Shown here: positions 48,531-51,474 of the stretch, piece after piece
How positions within the stretch are numbered: position 1 is the stretch's first letter
How the letters are laid out: each line of letters opens with the position of its first letter
Sequence record: MZ501090
Strand: one strand, 5' to 3'
DNA: 51,474 bases
DNA from: Escherichia phage KarlJaspers
Notes under the pieces: model-generated
Told to the model about the DNA's origin: nothing
The model's input: only the letters and a program-made list of their open reading frames with translations
Databases searched by the model: none
Position numbers and translations under genes: made by a program

Positions 48531-48794
48531 ATGGTTTTTAATGCACTAAAACGAATCTTTAAACCTGAATACCGGATCGTTGCTTGCACAGAATGTAAGA
48601 TTTATTACCTGCAACGCCGCCGCGTTATTAGTGGGGATTGTGAATATCTAACTGATGATGCTTTCGGATTTTGGGCTATGGAGTTCAATAGCTACAGCGA
48701 AGCGCGTGAATACGCTAAAAAGTTGCACAAGTTCAGACCTTACAAGCTGCGTTTGCTGGTTGTCAAAAAATGCGATGTGTGGGATCACGAATGA
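48531..48794 (+). CDS. hypothetical protein
   Basis: 87 aa ORF. Confidence 0.35.
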   Translation: MVFNALKRIFKPEYRIVACTECKIYYLQRRRVISGDCEYLTDDAFGFWAMEFNSYSEAREYAKKLHKFRPYKLRLLVVKKCDVWDHE

Positions 48795-48970
48795 AAAGAG
48801 TAATTATCATTTTTATTGCCGTTATCGCTGGTTGTTACCTGGCTTATAATTATAGCGGCATTGTTGAGTCAATCGGCGGGTTGATTATCTTCATGGCTGG
48901 TGGGTATGCTGGCTATTGTGATGGATTCGAGAACGGAAAGCGTTACGTGCTGACCGGAAAAAAGAAGTAA
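48791..48970 (+). CDS. small membrane protein
   Basis: MKRVIIIFIAVIAGCYLAY and GGLIIFMAGGYAGY hydrophobic segments. Confidence 0.35.
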   Translation: MKRVIIIFIAVIAGCYLAYNYSGIVESIGGLIIFMAGGYAGYCDGFENGKRYVLTGKKK

Positions 48971-49013
48971 TGTTAACCGCGCCGCTTCGGTGGCGCTAAA
49001 AGGAGGAAACAAA

Positions 49014-49301
49014 ATGGCTAAAAGCAATCGTAAAATGTTGATTAACGCATTCGAAAAGGAAGCGCTTGAGCGTGGTTGGAATGACTCATTTCACACAGCA
49101 AACTGTATCCGCCGTTACGGATTCAAGGATTGCCGATCCTGGGCGCGTCAAATGGCTTCATGGTATGATCTTGATGCGCATTACCTTGATATGGATTGCG
49201 CCCTGGTTGAAATGATTGAGCAGGCCGCACTAGAGGATCGACCATTAACGCAATCTGATTTTGACGATTTTGTGCGCGATGAAATCTATTACATGAGCTA
49301 A
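49014..49301 (+). CDS. hypothetical protein
   Basis: ATG 49014 with AAAGGAGGAAA RBS; 95 aa. Confidence 0.45.
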   Translation: MAKSNRKMLINAFEKEALERGWNDSFHTANCIRRYGFKDCRSWARQMASWYDLDAHYLDMDCALVEMIEQAALEDRPLTQSDFDDFVRDEIYYMS

Positions 49302-49320
49302 TAGCACTTTTTGTTAAAAC
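49301..49320 (+). promoter_or_regulatory. conserved intergenic motif copy
   Basis: ATAGCACTTTTTGTTAAAAC overlapping stop TAA. Confidence 0.55.
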
Positions 49321-49376
49321 TTCCGCGAGGGCATTTGTTAAAGTGTCCTCATTGAAGCGAAACAGAGTAAATCAAA

Positions 49377-49589
49377 ATGAAAATTCGAATCACCAGGGTT
49401 GACATTGACCGTAACGACGGAAGCATTACCCTTGAACAATGTGGATTCAAAGTTGGTGACATTGTAGAGGTTGACGGATTCTTTCGCGATGGTTCTTACT
49501 GCGTGTTAGCAATCCGCAACACGGAAGAAATTCGAATCGGTGATAACATCGGCGTAAACCATGACGAATGCGAGGTAGTAGAGGAATGA
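49377..49589 (+). CDS. hypothetical protein
   Basis: 70 aa ORF. Confidence 0.4.
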   Translation: MKIRITRVDIDRNDGSITLEQCGFKVGDIVEVDGFFRDGSYCVLAIRNTEEIRIGDNIGVNHDECEVVEE

Positions 49590-49894
49590 TCACGATTAAC
49601 CTTTCAGAAGAGCAAGCAAAGAAACTCCTGCATGCTGTAGGTTCTCGTGCGCTTTGCGGATCAACTGATGAAATGATGATTGATCATGAGGTTGCAAGAG
49701 AGCTTTTTACTCAGCTTGAGCAAAAATTCTCACCACGTCCGACTGACGCGGCAGAAACCGCAAAATGGCTTGCTGAGAATGGATACACGGCTTTAAAAGT
49801 TCATAACTGGAAGCGAAAGAATGAAAGCATGGAGTCGGCATTTGCCAATTACGCCAAATCAGTTGCAAAGCAGGTAACGGAGAAATATAAATGA
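49586..49894 (+). CDS. hypothetical protein
   Basis: ATG 49586 overlapping previous stop (ATGA), GAGGTAGTAGAGGA upstream. Confidence 0.4.
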   Translation: MITINLSEEQAKKLLHAVGSRALCGSTDEMMIDHEVARELFTQLEQKFSPRPTDAAETAKWLAENGYTALKVHNWKRKNESMESAFANYAKSVAKQVTEKYK

Positions 49895-50205
49895 TTTACA
49901 TTCACTACTACCATATCGGGACAAACGAAAACAAGCAGGAGCGCAGAACAATTTGTGACACACTCGACGATGCTAAAGCACAGCAACGCGTTTTGGGTGG
50001 TGTAATTCAGGCTTTTGAGCCAGTGGAAGACATAGAGCACCGAGAGCATTTGAAAGAGATTATTGTTGATGAAATTTCATCACTAATCGACGACATGACA
50101 AATCACGGTCCTGGTTCTACGTGGGAAGAAGCTGGATCGACGGAGTGGGATTGTGCTAAGGTTGCAACGCTTAACAACTTTCGTGAGTTGCTCGACGATT
50201 TTTAA
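49891..50205 (+). CDS. hypothetical protein
   Basis: 104 aa ORF, coupled start. Confidence 0.4.
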   Translation: MIYIHYYHIGTNENKQERRTICDTLDDAKAQQRVLGGVIQAFEPVEDIEHREHLKEIIVDEISSLIDDMTNHGPGSTWEEAGSTEWDCAKVATLNNFRELLDDF

Positions 50206-50215
50206 TTAAAATTGA

Positions 50216-50260
50216 ATGCCTCATACAGCGAACAGGACGCATTTTGACGAGGCATTTTTT
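50216..50260 (+). terminator. terminator-like hairpin
   Basis: ATGCCTC...GAGGCAT stem with long loop followed by TTTTTT. Confidence 0.45.
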
Positions 50261-50275
50261 AGGTAAGGTGATTCA

Positions 50276-50404
50276 ATGGATAGCTACATAAAACCGTCGC
50301 AGTGGTGCGCACAGAAGCAAGAGGAAGCATTGGAGCGCGGCGATACTGAAACAGCAATGCACTATTTCGAAATGTACAACTTGTGGAAGGGTAGAGGTCT
50401 GTAA
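50276..50404 (+). CDS. hypothetical small protein (42 aa)
   Basis: AAGGTGA RBS; stop overlaps next ATG; not in ORF track. Confidence 0.3.
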   Translation: MDSYIKPSQWCAQKQEEALERGDTETAMHYFEMYNLWKGRGL

Positions 50405-50634
50405 TGTTTGGAATGAATGAGGCGCAATTCAACGCTGCAAAACGCCAGGCTAAGAAGTGCGGCGAGGCAATGAAGGCGGATGTTGAAAAGCGCGGGAAGT
50501 ATGTTGATGAAGTCATGAAGGGCATTATTGCCGAACATTATCAGCCAGTTGCGCCAATGCTGACAATTACCCAATTCATCTGGTTGTGTGGTTATCTTCG
50601 TGGGAGATGGGGAAACGCATTTGACCGCGAATGA
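50404..50634 (+). CDS. hypothetical protein
   Basis: 76 aa ORF. Confidence 0.4.
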   Translation: MFGMNEAQFNAAKRQAKKCGEAMKADVEKRGKYVDEVMKGIIAEHYQPVAPMLTITQFIWLCGYLRGRWGNAFDRE

Positions 50635-50663
50635 TTGACAACGATTTCCTGATTGGTTAGCAT
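50635..50663 (+). promoter_or_regulatory. sigma70-like promoter
   Basis: TTGACA - 17 nt - TAGCAT. Confidence 0.5.
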
Positions 50664-50669
50664 ATTCAA

Positions 50670-50770
50670 CGTTTACATAAGAGCGGCATTAGTGCCGAAC
50701 GGGTGGCGCGGTTGCCACGCAACAACGGCGATATGCAGGTTTTTACCGTAAGACGTATCGCCTTTTTTTT
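50670..50770 (+). ncRNA. candidate small RNA or leader/attenuator (three hairpins ending in terminator)
   Basis: Downstream of promoter: CGGCA...TGCCG, GTGGC...GCCAC, GGCGATA...TATCGCC + TTTTTTTT; no ORF. Confidence 0.3.
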
Positions 50771-50782
50771 ATAGGTGAATAT

Positions 50783-51016
50783 ATGGAAAAGTACAAATTA
50801 ACTTTCATGTTTAATAGCATGGTGATGAATCCATTAAATGGTTACGCTTGCAATAGCTTTTCTGTTACCGTTAATGAGGATGAAATTGATGATGATGGAA
50901 AACTCATTCGAATTGGTGAATACTTGTACCCCGTTCACAATATCAATTGCATCAAACGCGAGATCGTAAAAGATGAAGTACAAGGTAAGGTTGACGATCA
51001 GGCGAATGGGGCGTAA
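50783..51016 (+). CDS. hypothetical protein
   Basis: 77 aa ORF with AGGTGA RBS. Confidence 0.4.
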   Translation: MEKYKLTFMFNSMVMNPLNGYACNSFSVTVNEDEIDDDGKLIRIGEYLYPVHNINCIKREIVKDEVQGKVDDQANGA

Positions 51017-51158
51017 TTGCTCGTCATGTAGACAAAGTTTTGAATGTGAGGTTGAAGCGCGCGGAGAGCTTGAGGCAGCAGCAAGAGCAAAAGAGTTGTC
51101 CGGCGCTAATCAAGACACTCACCAGTTTTCAATAGATCTTGTAAGGAAAATGTCATGA
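50973..51158 (+). CDS. hypothetical protein (start uncertain)
   Basis: 61 aa ORF overlapping previous gene in a different frame. Confidence 0.25.
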   Translation: MKYKVRLTIRRMGRNCSSCRQSFECEVEARGELEAAARAKELSGANQDTHQFSIDLVRKMS

Positions 51159-51394
51159 GTTCTGTAATTATTGGTTTGGTTGCTTTAATCATTGGTGTTC
51201 TAATCGGCTTTGTTGCTGTATCTTTCGTGGTGGCTGTCGGTGTTCGCTATAAGTCAAAAAAAGGTGAATTTGCTTTAGCGTTTTGGGATGAAGAACAGAA
51301 AGTTTGGCAGGTTCGCGGTCACTATTTATCAATCGGTGGCAGGATTCACAGCACTATGAAGACAAATCCAGAAAAAGTAAAATACAAGTATTGA
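51155..51394 (+). CDS. small membrane protein
   Basis: 79 aa; N-terminal TM helix VIIGLVALIIGVLIGFVAVSFVVAV; AAGGAAA RBS. Confidence 0.45.
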   Translation: MSSVIIGLVALIIGVLIGFVAVSFVVAVGVRYKSKKGEFALAFWDEEQKVWQVRGHYLSIGGRIHSTMKTNPEKVKYKY

Positions 51395-51401
51395 ACAACT
51401 A

Positions 51402-51425
51402 CCCGCCAAATGGCGGGTTTTTTAT
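51402..51425 (+). terminator. rho-independent terminator
   Basis: CCCGCC-aaat-GGCGGG hairpin followed by TTTTTTAT. Confidence 0.8.
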
Positions 51426-51474
51426 TGCCTGCAATTTGTCTATAATGAGGCTTTGTTATAAAGGAGGGCGCATT

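Noticed and set aside
50670-50770. Possible tRNA gene in the structured intergenic region
   Set aside because: Hairpins do not assemble into a cloverleaf with a 7-bp acceptor stem; no other tRNA-like region noticed by eye, though a dedicated scan was not run.
1-51474. Temperate-phage or prophage interpretation (integrase, CI-like repressor, att sites)
   Set aside because: No recombinase-like ORF or repressor/Cro pair recognised; gene content fits a virulent T1-like phage. The HTH protein at 29936-30409 is the only repressor-like candidate and lacks an integrase partner.

Overview
The window looks like a near-complete genome (about 51.5 kb) of a virulent T1-like siphovirus of enterobacteria; no integrase or repressor was seen. 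All calls rest on reading the ORF translations and DNA by eye; no searches were run. Layout: (1) rightward late module 1-19.6 kb: small and large terminase, portal, head proteins, major capsid, major tail, G/GT chaperone pair with a -1 frameshift site, tape measure, lambda-like M-L-K-I-J tail tip; (2) leftward Cor-like lipoprotein and a gene split at a (TA)n tract; (3) rightward recombination module (nuclease, Erf-like, SSB); (4) leftward block with an unusual glycine-rich protein operon, tail fibres, primase and an HTH protein; (5) rightward helicase, VRR-NUC, Dam methylase, metallophosphoesterase, holin, SAR endolysin, unimolecular spanin; (6) leftward early block incl. a P-loop DUF3987-like protein and a compact C5-methyltransferase-like protein; (7) rightward block of small early genes incl. 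a HAD phosphatase and a P-loop kinase. Most notable non-coding signals: a 19-20 bp motif (ATAGCACTTTTTGTTAAAAC) present in about 18 intergenic copies, usually followed by a GC-rich hairpin and a TATAAT-like hexamer, and two homologous AT/GT-rich islands at the two divergent operon junctions.
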